In this document: positions 18,090 to 28,654 of the stretch, one piece after another
How positions within the stretch are numbered: position 1 is the first letter of the stretch
How the letters are laid out: every line of letters starts with the position of its first letter
Origin: Trueperaceae bacterium
GTDB lineage: Bacteria > Deinococcota > Deinococci > Deinococcales > Trueperaceae
Assembly: GCA_035703635.1 (NCBI GenBank)
Contig: DASSXV010000004.1
Coordinates: 1 to 64,000, forward strand
Reading direction: 5' to 3'
Length of the DNA: 64,000 bases
Program-made: the position numbers and the translations under genes
Notes under the pieces: generated by a model
The model's input: the letters and a program-made list of their open reading frames with translations, nothing else
The model's database searches: none
Told to the model about the DNA's origin: nothing

Positions 18090-18958
18090 CGGGCACAGGG
18101 GTGCGCCAGCGCGTTGGCTTCCTGCGGTCGCGTAGGGTGCGGGCCTTCGCGCGGCACCGGCTCGGGCTCGTTGGCCTCGTCATCGTCGTCATCTTCACGC
18201 TGGTTGCCATCTTCGCCCCGCAGATCGCGCCTTACGACCCAACGACGCAGCGCATCGCGACGGCGCGCCTGGTGCCGCCATCGGCCGAGTTCTGGTTCGG
18301 CACGGACGAACTCGGCCGCGACCTCTTCTCGCGCATCGTCTACGGGGCGCGCATCAGCATGCGCATCGGCCTCATCGCGGAGGGCATCGCGCTGATCATC
18401 GGCATCACGCTCGGGGCCATCGCGGGCTTCTTCGGCGGCTGGGTTGACAACCTCATCATGCGCGTCGCCGACGTGTTCTTCGCTATTCCGGGCCTGCTCT
18501 TCTTGATAGTCATCGTGGCGATATTCGGCTCGGGCGCCACGACCATCTTCTTGGCGCTCGGGCTCATCAGTTGGCCTGGCGAGGCGCGCGTGATGCGCTC
18601 GGAGGTGCTGCGCGTGAGAGAGCGGGAGTACGTCACGGCGGCGAAGGCGCTCGGGCTGCGCGACGTAGGTGTGATCTTGCGCCACATCATGCCGAACGCG
18701 CTCGCCTCGATGATCGTCATCGGCTCGCTCGGGGTGGCGGGCGCCATCCTGTCAGAGGCCACGCTGTCGTTCCTCGGTCTCGGCATCCAGGAGCCGCTCG
18801 CTAGTTGGGGAACGATGATCAACCGCGGCCAGCAGTTCATCTTCAACGCTTGGTGGTACTCCGTGTTTCCCGGCGCCGTGATCATGGTCGTGGTGTTGGG
18901 CTTCAACTTCTTAGGCGACGCCGCACGCGACGCCCTGGCGGTAGAGGAGGGGCGGTGA
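18086..18958 (+). CDS. Peptide ABC permease (DppC/OppC type)
   Basis: GTDELGRD.FSR, EYV.AAKALG, EATLSFLGLG and FNFLGD. Confidence 0.95.
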   Translation: MTGTGVRQRVGFLRSRRVRAFARHRLGLVGLVIVVIFTLVAIFAPQIAPYDPTTQRIATARLVPPSAEFWFGTDELGRDLFSRIVYGARISMRIGLIAEGIALIIGITLGAIAGFFGGWVDNLIMRVADVFFAIPGLLFLIVIVAIFGSGATTIFLALGLISWPGEARVMRSEVLRVREREYVTAAKALGLRDVGVILRHIMPNALASMIVIGSLGVAGAILSEATLSFLGLGIQEPLASWGTMINRGQQFIFNAWWYSVFPGAVIMVVVLGFNFLGDAARDALAVEEGR

Positions 18959-18959
18959 C

Positions 18960-20411
18960 ATGCGCTCAGTAGTCAAGCCGAGCAACGGGTGGCTCGAGAG
19001 TTTCGACGCCTTCGCAGCAGAGTTCTATGCGCGGCACGACGTGCCGGGCGGCGCGGTAGCCATCGTCAAGGACGGCGCTCGCGTCTACGAGCGCACGTTC
19101 GGCTGCCGCGACCGGGAGCGGCGGTTGGCGGTAGAGCCAGACACGCTGTTCGGTATCGCGTCCCTCACGAAATCGTTCACGGTCCTCACCCTGCTTGCGC
19201 TCGAAGCGCGGGGAGTGCTCAACCTGCACGACCCCGTCCTGCGGCACTTGCCTGGCTTCACATACCCGGGGCTCGGGGCGCGCGGACCGGTGCGGCTCTG
19301 GCACTTAGCTAGTCACACGAGCGGCTTGCCGCCACTTCGGGGCCTCGATTACGCCATCCAGCCGAGCCAACAGGGCGACCCTGCCGCGGAGTTCAACGAC
19401 CGCGACTACACGAACGCTCCTAGCGTGAACGATTACCCCGCCCTGCTCGCGTACCTGGCGCAAGGCGAGCGCGTTGGCCTCGCCGGGCCCGGCAGTGTGG
19501 TGAGTTACTCGAACGAGGGCTTCGCCGTGCTTGGAGCGGTGATCGAGGCGGTGACTGGCGAGAGTTACCCCGCCGTCGTGGCGCGCGAGGTCCTAGTGCC
19601 GCTCGGCCTTGGTGGTGCCGGCTTCCTCATGGACGAACTGCGAGCAACGGGCAGGTTAACGGAGTTGTACACGAGCAGCCCAACTGGTCAAGTGATCCAC
19701 TCGCCCAACTGGGAGGAGGCGCCCGCCTACCTCGCGACGGGCTTCATGAAGGCCAGCGTGCGCGATCTGGCGGCTTATCTGCAGTACCTGTTGTGGCCAG
19801 AGGACGGGCGCTTGGCCGTCGGGGCGGCTGGCTTGGGTGAGCTGTTCGCTCCGCGGGCGTGGGCGGAACACCGCACGGCGTACGGCTTGGGTTGGATGCT
19901 GCGCGACGGCTTCAATGGTCATAGCCTGTGGCGCCATGGTGGTTCGCTGAAGGGGGTGTCGTCGCACCAGGGTGGCGTGCCAGACTTCGGGCTAGGGATC
20001 GCGGTCCTCGCCAACCTCGACGAGGTGCCCGTGAAACGCTTGTGGTACGCCGCCGTGAACGCCTACCTCGGCCTGCCGCTCGAGCAACCGGCCTTCGAGG
20101 TTCGCTCGACGGACTTGGGTCCCGAGGCCGCCAACGAGTTGGGCGGCGTCTACTCCTCTGGTGAGCCATGGGGGCGTCTTGAGTTGGTGGCGGACGGTAA
20201 CCGCCTCCTCGCCCTGGTCGGCGAGCACGCCATGCCGAACGGTCACCTCGCGCTGTTGCCAGAGGGTGAGTTCGTGTTGGTGGGTGGAGACGGCGCTTGG
20301 GAGAGCGGTCGCTTCGTTTACGGTGCGGGTGGCGCGAGACCGGTTGCCGTGCAGTACGGCATGCGTTGGTACGATAAGCAGCCGTTCGAGGCGCTGAGCG
20401 CTGGTTCCTGA
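18960..20411 (+). CDS. Serine hydrolase, beta-lactamase/D-peptidase (class C-like) family
   Basis: SxxK (ASLTK), YxN (YSN), HGG and LASHTSG. No signal peptide. Confidence 0.9.
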   Translation: MRSVVKPSNGWLESFDAFAAEFYARHDVPGGAVAIVKDGARVYERTFGCRDRERRLAVEPDTLFGIASLTKSFTVLTLLALEARGVLNLHDPVLRHLPGFTYPGLGARGPVRLWHLASHTSGLPPLRGLDYAIQPSQQGDPAAEFNDRDYTNAPSVNDYPALLAYLAQGERVGLAGPGSVVSYSNEGFAVLGAVIEAVTGESYPAVVAREVLVPLGLGGAGFLMDELRATGRLTELYTSSPTGQVIHSPNWEEAPAYLATGFMKASVRDLAAYLQYLLWPEDGRLAVGAAGLGELFAPRAWAEHRTAYGLGWMLRDGFNGHSLWRHGGSLKGVSSHQGGVPDFGLGIAVLANLDEVPVKRLWYAAVNAYLGLPLEQPAFEVRSTDLGPEAANELGGVYSSGEPWGRLELVADGNRLLALVGEHAMPNGHLALLPEGEFVLVGGDGAWESGRFVYGAGGARPVAVQYGMRWYDKQPFEALSAGS

Positions 20412-20423
20412 ACTCGCCGCAAA

Positions 20424-20515
20424 GTTGATACGACCACGCTCATATCTGTTGACAATGCATCGGCCGCGCAGCTATACTCTCGGCTAGTGACGAGCCTGCG
20501 CCCCATCCGCTCAAG
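20424..20515 (+). promoter_or_regulatory. dnaK promoter flanked by two HAIR-like (HspR) inverted repeats
   Basis: TTGACA (20449-54)-N18-TATACT (20473-78). GTTGATA-N7-GCTCATA lies at 20424-44 and CCTGCGC-N7-GCTCAAG at 20495-515. Confidence 0.65.
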
Positions 20516-20611
20516 TTTCCTATTTGATGGCGGGCGCGAGTGCCGCGGGAGCAACTCCCCAGCGCAAGCGCGAGTAGGTCAGGCACGTACCCAACCTAAG
20601 GAGCCGAACAT

Positions 20612-22510
20612 ATGGCAAAAGCGGTAGGCATCGACCTAGGCACCACCAACAGCGTCATCGCGGTGATGGAAGGCAGCGAGCCCGTGGTGCTCGTCAACGC
20701 GGAAGGGAACCGCACGACCCCATCCGTGGTGGCCTTCAAAGGCGAGCAACGCCTCGTCGGCCAGGTAGCGAAGCGTCAGGCGGTGCTCAACCCCAAGGGC
20801 ACCATGTTCGAGATCAAGCGCTACATCGGCCGCACTTGGGACGAGATCAAGCACGAAGCCGAACGCGCGCCTTACGAAGTCGTCCGCGGTGACGACGGCG
20901 GCGTGCGCTTCGTAGTGGAAGGGAAGCAGTACACGCCAGAGGAAGTCTCGGCGATGGTCCTGCGCAAGCTCGTGACCGACGCAAGCGAGCGCCTCGGCGA
21001 GACCATCACCAAGGCAGTGATCACCGTCCCCGCCTACTTCAACAACTCACAGCGCGAGGCAACCCAGAACGCCGGCCGCATCGCCGGGCTCGAAGTCTTG
21101 CGCATCGTCAACGAACCGACGGCCGCGGCCCTCGCTTACGGCCTCGAGAAGAAGGGCAACGAGACGGTCCTCGTCTTCGACTTGGGCGGCGGCACCTTCG
21201 ACGTCTCCGTCCTCGAAGTAGGCGACGGCGTGTTCGAAGTGCGCTCCACCAGCGGCGACACGCACCTCGGCGGCTCCGACATGGACTACGCCATCGTCAC
21301 GTGGCTGGCCGACGACTTCCAGAAGCAGTACAGCGTTGACCTGCGCAAGGACAAGCAGGCCCTCCAGCGCCTCATCGAGGCGGCGGAGAAGGCCAAGATC
21401 GAGCTCTCTGGCTTGCCGGAGACCACCATCTCCCTCCCGTTCATCTCGATGGACCCGGCGTCCAACACGCCCCTCTACCTCGACACCAAGCTGACGCGCT
21501 CGAAGTTCGAGGAACTCATCGATCCGCTCCTCAAGCGCGTCCGGCACCCCCTCGAGCAGGCCCTCAAGGACGCCAAGCTGACCGCGGCCGACATCGACGA
21601 GATCATCCTGGTTGGCGGCGCAACGCGCGTGCCTGCCGTGAAGAAGATCGTCAAGGACATCCTCGGCAAGGACCCGAACCAGAGCGTTAACCCCGACGAG
21701 GTCGTGGCGCTCGGTGCGGCCGTCCAGGCAGGCGTTCTTACCGGCACGGTCGACGACATCGTGCTCCTCGACGTCACGCCACTCAGCCTCGGCGTGGAGA
21801 CCAAGGGGGGCGTCTTCACCAAGCTGATCGACCGCAACACCACCGTGCCCGTGCGCAAGTCCGAGGTCTTCTCCACGGCGGACAACAACCAGACGGGCGT
21901 CGAGGTGCACGTGCTGCAGGGCGAGCGGCCGATGGCGTCGCACAACAAGTCGCTCGGGCGTTTCAAGCTCGACGGCATCCCGCCCATGCCAGCTGGCATG
22001 CCGCAGATCGAGATCACGTACGACATGGACGCCAACGGCATCTTGCACGTGACGGCCAAGGAGAAGTCGACCGGCAAGGCAGCTAGCATCACCATCCAGA
22101 ACACCACCACCCTGAGCGACGACGAGGTCGAACGCATGGTCAAGGACGCCGCAGCCAACGCCGAGGCCGACCGGGTGGCCAAGGAGCTGGCGGAGGCCAA
22201 GAACCAACTCGACGGCCTCAAACTGCAGGCGCGCAAGGCCCTCGACGAAGCTGCGGACGCCACGAGCGAGCAGAAGAAGCCCGTCGAGGACCTCGTTGGC
22301 GAAGCGCAGCAGGCGCTCGACTCTGAACTGACGACCAAGGACCGCCTCGAGAGCATCGGGCGCGACCTTGCCGAGAAACTGCAGGCGTTCACCCAGAGCG
22401 TCGGTCAGCAGCAAGGTGGCCAAGACGCCGGGCACGAAGACGGTGGCCACCAAGAGCAGCAACCGGGCGACGACGACGTCATCGACGCGGAGTTCAAGCC
22501 CGCGGGCTAA
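20612..22510 (+). CDS. dnaK: Chaperone DnaK (Hsp70)
   Basis: [34 protein letters not shown] and C-terminal DAEF. Confidence 0.99.
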   Translation: MAKAVGIDLGTTNSVIAVMEGSEPVVLVNAEGNRTTPSVVAFKGEQRLVGQVAKRQAVLNPKGTMFEIKRYIGRTWDEIKHEAERAPYEVVRGDDGGVRFVVEGKQYTPEEVSAMVLRKLVTDASERLGETITKAVITVPAYFNNSQREATQNAGRIAGLEVLRIVNEPTAAALAYGLEKKGNETVLVFDLGGGTFDVSVLEVGDGVFEVRSTSGDTHLGGSDMDYAIVTWLADDFQKQYSVDLRKDKQALQRLIEAAEKAKIELSGLPETTISLPFISMDPASNTPLYLDTKLTRSKFEELIDPLLKRVRHPLEQALKDAKLTAADIDEIILVGGATRVPAVKKIVKDILGKDPNQSVNPDEVVALGAAVQAGVLTGTVDDIVLLDVTPLSLGVETKGGVFTKLIDRNTTVPVRKSEVFSTADNNQTGVEVHVLQGERPMASHNKSLGRFKLDGIPPMPAGMPQIEITYDMDANGILHVTAKEKSTGKAASITIQNTTTLSDDEVERMVKDAAANAEADRVAKELAEAKNQLDGLKLQARKALDEAADATSEQKKPVEDLVGEAQQALDSELTTKDRLESIGRDLAEKLQAFTQSVGQQQGGQDAGHEDGGHQEQQPGDDDVIDAEFKPAG

Positions 22511-22519
22511 GCCAGCGCG

Positions 22520-22550
22520 CGCCTGGCGCAGCAGTGCGCTGCGCCAGGCG
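22520..22550 (+). other. Intercistronic 13-bp hairpin between dnaK and grpE
   Basis: CGCCTGGCGCAGC-agtgc-GCTGCGCCAGGCG with no U tail. Confidence 0.6.
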
Positions 22551-22567
22551 GCTGGAACCAGGACCAT

Positions 22568-23254
22568 ATGACCAAGACAGGCGAACATCACAACGGCGGC
22601 GGGGCCAACCATGACCCAACCACCGCCGCGACCGAAGCCGGTGAGACGACCACTCACGAGGCGGCAGGCGCGCCGACCGAGCAGCCGCACACGGCCGCTG
22701 ACGTGCCAGGCGGCGCGGAGGCCGCTGAGCAGGCGAACGGTGCCGATACGGAGGCCGACATCCTAAGAGGTGAACTCAAGCGCTTACGCGAACGCAGCGA
22801 CGCGCTGCAAGACGACCTTAAAGAGGCCAACGACCGCGTTCTGCGGGCCAGGGCCGAGATGGAAACCATGCGCAGACGGCTGCTCGGCGAAGTAGATGCC
22901 GCCCGCGAGACAGGCCGAGACGAGGCCATCGCGCCGGTGCTCGCCGTTTACGACGATCTGGAGCGCGCGCTCGTGGTGGCGTCCGAGTCCGATGACCCGG
23001 CCAGCATCGTTACCGGCGTGCAACTCGTCAAGGAGAACCTCGAGCGGCAGTTGGCCGCGCTGGGCATCAGGCGCGTCGGTTTCGTAGGCGAACACTTCGA
23101 CCCGCACATCCACGAGGCGCTGACCACCATCCCGGCCGGCCCCGGCCTAGCGCCAGGCACCATCGCTCAAGTTTTCGAGCCAGGTTTCGTGCATGGCGAA
23201 CGGCTCGTGCGCGTAGCGCGCGTCGTTGTCGTGGCAGAACACCAGGCGAACTGA
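22568..23254 (+). CDS. grpE: Nucleotide exchange factor GrpE
   Basis: Coiled coil LRARAEMET.RRR, DDLERAL, FDPHIHEAL and GF..R.ARVVV. It follows dnaK. Confidence 0.95.
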   Translation: MTKTGEHHNGGGANHDPTTAATEAGETTTHEAAGAPTEQPHTAADVPGGAEAAEQANGADTEADILRGELKRLRERSDALQDDLKEANDRVLRARAEMETMRRRLLGEVDAARETGRDEAIAPVLAVYDDLERALVVASESDDPASIVTGVQLVKENLERQLAALGIRRVGFVGEHFDPHIHEALTTIPAGPGLAPGTIAQVFEPGFVHGERLVRVARVVVVAEHQAN

Positions 23255-23314
23255 CGATGAGGGGCGCGCGACCCCATGGGGCGGCGCGCCCCGCTCATGG
23301 CGTGGGAGGTTAAC

Positions 23315-24220
23315 GTGGCGGCCCCCTACAAGGACTACTACCAGACGTTGGGCGTGAAGAAGGACGCCACCAAAGAAGAGATAAGGCGTGCGTTCAGGAA
23401 GCTCGCAGCCAAGCACCACCCCGACCGTAACCAAGACGACCCTGGCGCAGAAGAACGCTTCAAGGAGATCAACGAGGCGTACACGGTCCTCGCAGACGAG
23501 GAGAAACGCAAACTGTACGACCAGTACGGTAGCGGTGGCAGCGTGCCGCCGTTCGCGGGCGGCGGCGGTGGCGGCCCGCAATACCGCAACGTCTCACCAG
23601 AAGAGTTCGCTGGCTTCTCAGACTTCTTCCAGTCACTGTTCGGCGGCTTCGGTGGCGCTCGAGGCGGCTTCACGAGCGACTTCGGCACCCGCGGGGTAGG
23701 CAGCGACCCGTTCGATTTCGGGTCGCCGCGCATCAGCAACGTAGAGGCGCGGCTCGACGTGCCGGTAGTAGAGGCGTTTCACGGCGGCCCGACGACGATC
23801 AGCGTCGGGGGCAAGAACCTCGAGGTGACGCTGCCGCGCGGTGTGCGCGACGGAGCGAAGCTCCGCCTGCGTGGGCAAGCCCCATCAGGCGGCGACCTGA
23901 TCTTGCACGTGAGGCACATGCCAAGCACGACGTTCAAGGTCGAGGGCGACGCCGTGCGCGTCCAGCTACGCGTCCCTGACTACCTGGCGGCGCTGGGTGG
24001 CACGGTGCGCGTTCCTACCCTCGACGGCGAAGTAGACATGACGCTTCCAGCCGGCTCGTCGAGCGGGCGCGTGCTGCGCTTGCGCGGCCAAGGGTGGCCT
24101 GGAACGGGCGGCAAGCGCGGCGACGAGTTCGCTGAGGTGATAGTGACCGTCCCGCCCGACTTGACCGACGAGCAACGCAGCGCGTACGAACAGTTGCGCG
24201 ACCTGACTGCCGTAGCCTGA
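23315..24220 (+). CDS. dnaJ: DnaJ-class co-chaperone without Zn finger
   Basis: J-domain with HPD, a G/F-rich region and a C-terminal domain, with no CxxCxGxG repeats. RBS GGGAGG before GTG 23315. Confidence 0.92.
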   Translation: MAAPYKDYYQTLGVKKDATKEEIRRAFRKLAAKHHPDRNQDDPGAEERFKEINEAYTVLADEEKRKLYDQYGSGGSVPPFAGGGGGGPQYRNVSPEEFAGFSDFFQSLFGGFGGARGGFTSDFGTRGVGSDPFDFGSPRISNVEARLDVPVVEAFHGGPTTISVGGKNLEVTLPRGVRDGAKLRLRGQAPSGGDLILHVRHMPSTTFKVEGDAVRVQLRVPDYLAALGGTVRVPTLDGEVDMTLPAGSSSGRVLRLRGQGWPGTGGKRGDEFAEVIVTVPPDLTDEQRSAYEQLRDLTAVA

Positions 24221-24281
24221 CCAATAACCGCGTCGCCGCGGGCCAGGCTGGCGGTAGTTGGCAAGTGTTAGCCTCTCACCC

Positions 24282-25271
24282 ATGACTATCCACACCCGCG
24301 TTCGTGCACTACCAGCGCGCTTGCTAGCAAGCCTGTTCGTTGCCGCCATCTTGGCTTTAGGCAGCGCCGCTTTCGCTCAGTCGGACGCCACTACCAGCGA
24401 CAAGGTCGTCATCCGGCTAGGCAGCCGCGAGGAGCGCGCCAGCGAGATCGACTGGCGTTTCGGCGTGACGTTGCGCGGCGTCGCTGCGCAGCAGGGTCAA
24501 CCGTACTCCGAGGCGTTCGAGGCGAGCATGTGGGAGCTGCTGCCCTACTACATCGAGCAGCGCGTGCAGGAAGTGGCGCTGGCAGCTGAGGCGCAGCGCC
24601 GCGGCATCGTCCCGAACCTCGATGAGCTGAACGCCACCATGGACCGCATCAAGGCCGGCCTCGCAGAGGGCCAGGAGTTCGAGGCCGTCGTGAACGCCGC
24701 GGGCTTCCCAAGCGAAGCCGCGCTGCAGGGCATGATCGAGGAAGCGGACGTCATCAAGCAGCTCCTCGACGCGGTGCACGCCGACGCCGAGGCCAGCGTC
24801 ACCGACGAAGAAGTCCACGTCCGCTACCTGGCCGAGCGCGGCCGTTTCAGCGAGCCTGAGCAGTACTGCGCCAGGCACATCCTCGTCTCGGAAGAGGCCG
24901 TCGCTCAAGAACTAGTCGCGCAACTCGCGGGCGGTGCCGACTTCGCGGCGTTGGCCGCCGAGTACGGCACCGACGCCACCAACACGCGCGGTGGCGACCT
25001 CGGCTGCTTCGAAGTCAGCCGGATGGTGCCTGAGTTCGCGAACGCGGTCGTTGCTGCCCCGGTCGGCGAGAGCGTTGGCCCTGTCGCCAGCCAGTTCGGC
25101 TACCACGTCGTGCTCGTCTACGACCACACGCCGGCACGTGTGCGGCCGTTCTCAGAAGTCAAGGACGAGGCCCGCGAGTTCGCGGTCGCTCTCGCTACCA
25201 ACGCCGCCATCGACGGGATCGTCAACGGCGCGGGCGTGACCGTCTACCCGGAGAACCTGCCCACCCGCTAA
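24282..25271 (+). CDS. Exported parvulin-type peptidyl-prolyl isomerase (PrsA/SurA-like)
   Basis: Signal peptide AFA-Q, ARHILV, GGDLG, MVPEF and SQFGYHV. TAGCCT lies 7 nt before ATG 24282. Confidence 0.9.
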   Translation: MTIHTRVRALPARLLASLFVAAILALGSAAFAQSDATTSDKVVIRLGSREERASEIDWRFGVTLRGVAAQQGQPYSEAFEASMWELLPYYIEQRVQEVALAAEAQRRGIVPNLDELNATMDRIKAGLAEGQEFEAVVNAAGFPSEAALQGMIEEADVIKQLLDAVHADAEASVTDEEVHVRYLAERGRFSEPEQYCARHILVSEEAVAQELVAQLAGGADFAALAAEYGTDATNTRGGDLGCFEVSRMVPEFANAVVAAPVGESVGPVASQFGYHVVLVYDHTPARVRPFSEVKDEAREFAVALATNAAIDGIVNGAGVTVYPENLPTR

Positions 25272-25278
25272 CCGACGG

Positions 25279-25914
25279 TCAGGGAGCCAGGCGCGACCGG
25301 CTCCACGTGCCGCCCTCTAACGAGTAGAGGAAGCGGTCGTGGAGCCGGTCGTCTCTGCCTTGCCAGAACTCGACGCGCTCCGGCCTGAGGAGGTAACCGC
25401 CCCAACCCGGCGGGCACGGGACCTCGCCATCCGCGAAGCGCGCCCGCACCTCGGCGGCCAACGCCTCCAACTCGGCCCTACTAGCAAGCGGCTGCGACTG
25501 CGGTGAGGTCCACGCCCCCAACTGCGACCCGCGCGGCCGCGAGTTGAAGTACTCCTCCGAGGCCGCGCGCGACAAGCGCTCTACTCGGCCCTCGACGCGC
25601 ACTTGGCGTTCCAGGTGCGGCCACCAGAGCGCCACTGCCGCCGTGTGAGAGGTGTCGAGCTCGTGCGCCTTGCGGCTGCCGTAGTTCGTGAAGAACGTGA
25701 CGCCAGCCTGCGTGAGGTCTTTGAGCAGCACGAAGCGCACGCTCGGGCGCCCGTCGGCGCCGACGGTCGCGAGGGCCATCGCGTTCGGTTCGGCTTCACC
25801 TGCCTCTACGGCACGACGTAACCAAGCGGTAAGAAGCTCGGTCGGGTCGTCTGTCAGCTCGCTCTCTTCGAGGCTGCCGACGCGGTACGCCTTGCGTAAC
25901 TCAGCGAATCCCAT
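25279..25914 (-). CDS. pdxH: Pyridoxamine 5'-phosphate oxidase
   Basis: [30 protein letters not shown] and EFWQGR..RLHDR. Confidence 0.97.
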   Translation of the reverse strand: MGFAELRKAYRVGSLEESELTDDPTELLTAWLRRAVEAGEAEPNAMALATVGADGRPSVRFVLLKDLTQAGVTFFTNYGSRKAHELDTSHTAAVALWWPHLERQVRVEGRVERLSRAASEEYFNSRPRGSQLGAWTSPQSQPLASRAELEALAAEVRARFADGEVPCPPGWGGYLLRPERVEFWQGRDDRLHDRFLYSLEGGTWSRSRLAP

Positions 25915-25983
25915 GCCGTCACTTTAGCCGCACGGGCGCCAGGCGAGCCCCTCATGCCGCGCGTTCGGCGGTACCCTCTCGTC

Positions 25984-28047
25984 ATGGCAGCGCCCAACCG
26001 GCTTGCGCGAGAACCCAGCCTCTACCTGAGGCAGCACGCCAACGACCCGGTCGACTGGCACCCGTGGGGTGCTGAGGCCTTCGCGCTCGCGCGGGAGCTC
26101 GACCGGCCGGTGCTCCTCTCCATCGGTTACGCGAGCTGTCATTGGTGTCACGTGATGGCGCGCGAGTCGTTCCGCGACTCCGCCACCGCTGCCATCATGA
26201 ACGCAGAGTTCGTGAGCATAAAAGTGGATCGCGAGGAACGCCCTGACGTGGACGCCGTCTACCTGGCCGCCGTGCAGACCGTGACGGGCAGCGCAGGCTG
26301 GCCGCTCACCGTCGCCCTCACGCCTGAGCGCGAGCCGTTCTACGGCGGCACCTACTTCCCGCCGACTGACCGCCACGGCCTGCCGTCCTTCAAGCGCGTG
26401 CTCACCTCCTTGGCTACTGCGTGGCGCACGCGCCGTGACGACGTCGTGGCGTCGGCCGCCGACCTAGCGACCGCAGTCGCCAGGCTGAGTGCGCCGCCCT
26501 TCGCTTCGGGCGCCGAGCCGCTCGACGTCCCGCGCCTGCTCAAGCAGGCCGTTGGGCGCCTCATCCGCCTCGAGGATAAGCTGAACGGCGGCTTCGGCGA
26601 CGCCCCTAAGTTCCCCGCGCACGAGGCGCTACGCCTCTTGCTTGCCAGGCCAGAAGTGGAAGCTCGGGGCGTTGCACTACGCGCGCTCGACGCCATGGGT
26701 AGGGGCGGCATCTGCGACCAGCTAGGTGGAGGCTTCTTCCGTTACTCGGTCGACGCCAGCTGGCATGTGCCTCATTTCGAGAAGATGCTGTACGACAACG
26801 CCGCGCTGCTGCGCGCCTACGCACAGGCAGCCAACCTGACCGGAGCACCGGAGTACCGCCGCATCGCAGAGGCCATCGTGGCGTGGCTGGTGCGCGAGTT
26901 GCGCGCACCAGACGGCAGTTACTACAGCGCCCTCGATGCGGAGTCTGGTGGGGAGGAGGGCCGCTATTACGTCTGGACCCGAAGCGAGCTCGACGCGGCC
27001 CTCCCCGGCCTCACTCAAGGCCAGCGAGACATGGTGGCAGAGCGCTTCGGGGTGCTGAGTGTCGGCCCCGTCGAGGGCGCCAGCGTGCCGCGCCTCGCCG
27101 TTGACATAAGCGACCTAGCCAAGCGCCACGGCATGACTGCCGAGCAGGCGGGCGCCGACCTCGAGGCGGCGCGCCTGATCCTCCTAGCGGCCCGAGAAGT
27201 GCGCGAGCGGCCAGGCGCGGACGACAAGGTCCTCACCTCGTGGAACGGCCTGCTGATCGGCGCTTTGGCGGAGGCGGGCGCAAAGCTAGCCGACGAGAAG
27301 CTCGTCCTACTAGCGAGCGCCGCCGCAAGCGCAGTGCGCGCCAGTGCCTGGGTGGACGGGCGGTTATGGCATTCGGCCCGCGGCGGTGAACTGCGCGTGG
27401 AAGGACTGCTCGAGGACTACGCCTACTTGGGACTCGGTCTGCTGCGCCTGTACCGCGCTACCTTCGAGGCACGCCACTTGCGCTGGGCGCTCGAGCTGGC
27501 GGCGGTCGTAAGCGCCCGCTTTCATGACGCGGAGGCCGGCGGGTACTTCAGCACCGCCGTGGACGCCGAGCGCTTGATCGCCCGCCCGAAAGGCTTCATG
27601 GACGCCGCCACTCCAAGCGAGAACGCCGCCGCCGCAGAGCTAGTGTGGTGGGCGGCGCGCTACCAAGATGACGAGGCGGGCCTGGAGGCCTCCACCGGCG
27701 CTGTCGCCGGGATGGAGGAGGCCGTGCTGCAGGCGCCGCAAGCGTTCGCGTCGAGCCTCAACCTCATGCTCCTGCAGGCAGCGCCACCACGCGAGGTCGT
27801 GATCGTTGGCCGCCGAGGGACTCCTGGGTTCACACAGTTAGCCGCGGCGCTGCGCGAGCGGCTGCGCGACGACGATCTGCTGCTAGTCGTCGACGGCTCG
27901 GACCCCGTGCTAGCTGCGCTGCCCCTCGCCACCGGCCGCCAGACGGCCCTGGAGCGTGACGAGGTCGAGGCGTTCGTGTGCGAGGGCGGGGTCTGCCGGC
28001 TGCCCGTGCAGAGCGCGGAGGCGCTGGTGGCCGGGCTGGCGCGTTGA
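25984..28047 (+). CDS. Thioredoxin-domain protein, YyaL/DUF255 (SPATA20-like)
   Basis: [44 protein letters not shown] and [11 protein letters not shown]. Confidence 0.93.
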   Translation: MAAPNRLAREPSLYLRQHANDPVDWHPWGAEAFALARELDRPVLLSIGYASCHWCHVMARESFRDSATAAIMNAEFVSIKVDREERPDVDAVYLAAVQTVTGSAGWPLTVALTPEREPFYGGTYFPPTDRHGLPSFKRVLTSLATAWRTRRDDVVASAADLATAVARLSAPPFASGAEPLDVPRLLKQAVGRLIRLEDKLNGGFGDAPKFPAHEALRLLLARPEVEARGVALRALDAMGRGGICDQLGGGFFRYSVDASWHVPHFEKMLYDNAALLRAYAQAANLTGAPEYRRIAEAIVAWLVRELRAPDGSYYSALDAESGGEEGRYYVWTRSELDAALPGLTQGQRDMVAERFGVLSVGPVEGASVPRLAVDISDLAKRHGMTAEQAGADLEAARLILLAAREVRERPGADDKVLTSWNGLLIGALAEAGAKLADEKLVLLASAAASAVRASAWVDGRLWHSARGGELRVEGLLEDYAYLGLGLLRLYRATFEARHLRWALELAAVVSARFHDAEAGGYFSTAVDAERLIARPKGFMDAATPSENAAAAELVWWAARYQDDEAGLEASTGAVAGMEEAVLQAPQAFASSLNLMLLQAAPPREVVIVGRRGTPGFTQLAAALRERLRDDDLLLVVDGSDPVLAALPLATGRQTALERDEVEAFVCEGGVCRLPVQSAEALVAGLAR

Positions 28048-28180
28048 CGTCCAGTACCAGCCTTTGCCAGGGCACGAAGTTGACACCCTTAGGACTCGTG
28101 GCGGATGCTGAGTGACGTTGCCGCGTCGCTTCGTCCCCAGTCACCTGAGTGGACGTGGTTGAGTGGCGCCTGGAGGACCC

Positions 28181-28609
28181 ATGTACACGTTCTTTCTCGA
28201 TCTTCACAACTACTTGCGCTGGGCCGTGCTCATCGTCGGCCTCGCCGCCATCGTCATGGCATGGGCCGCGACCGCGTCCCGCGGCCGTTGGACTCCACCG
28301 CAAGTCAACCTCGGCCGCCTCTTCACCGGGGTCTTCGACCTGCAGGTCCTGGTCGGCGTGGTGCTCTACGTGTTCCTCAGCCCACTCACGAAGAGCGCGT
28401 TCTCTGACATGGGCGCCGCCATGAAGAACTCAGACATCCGCTTCTTCGTGGCCGAGCACCTCGTCGGCATGGTGATCGCTGCCGTGCTCCTGCACATCGG
28501 CGCAGCTCGTGCCAAGAGCAAGGACTCGCCGTTGCAGGCCGCCATCTTCTACACCATCGGCTTCATCGTAGTGCTGGCGTCGATCCCGTGGGGTCGCCCG
28601 CTGTTCTGA
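28181..28609 (+). CDS. Four-TM membrane protein with intramembrane His residues
   Basis: RBS GGAGG before ATG 28181. Motifs LHNYLRW, DLQVLVG, EHLVGM..HIG and IPW. Confidence 0.8.
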   Translation: MYTFFLDLHNYLRWAVLIVGLAAIVMAWAATASRGRWTPPQVNLGRLFTGVFDLQVLVGVVLYVFLSPLTKSAFSDMGAAMKNSDIRFFVAEHLVGMVIAAVLLHIGAARAKSKDSPLQAAIFYTIGFIVVLASIPWGRPLF

Positions 28610-28654
28610 GTGTCCAGAGCGGGCTCGATTTGGTAGCGACCGTATGATGTCTTA

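Noticed and set aside
20412-20611. CIRCE element for HrcA at dnaK
   Set aside because: There is no TTAGCACTC-N9-GAGTGCTAA match. HAIR-like repeats fit better.
21047-22690. 547-aa and 305-aa ORFs antisense to dnaK
   Set aside because: Long antisense frames are a known by-product of biased codon usage in GC-rich dnaK genes. They have no motifs or translation signals.
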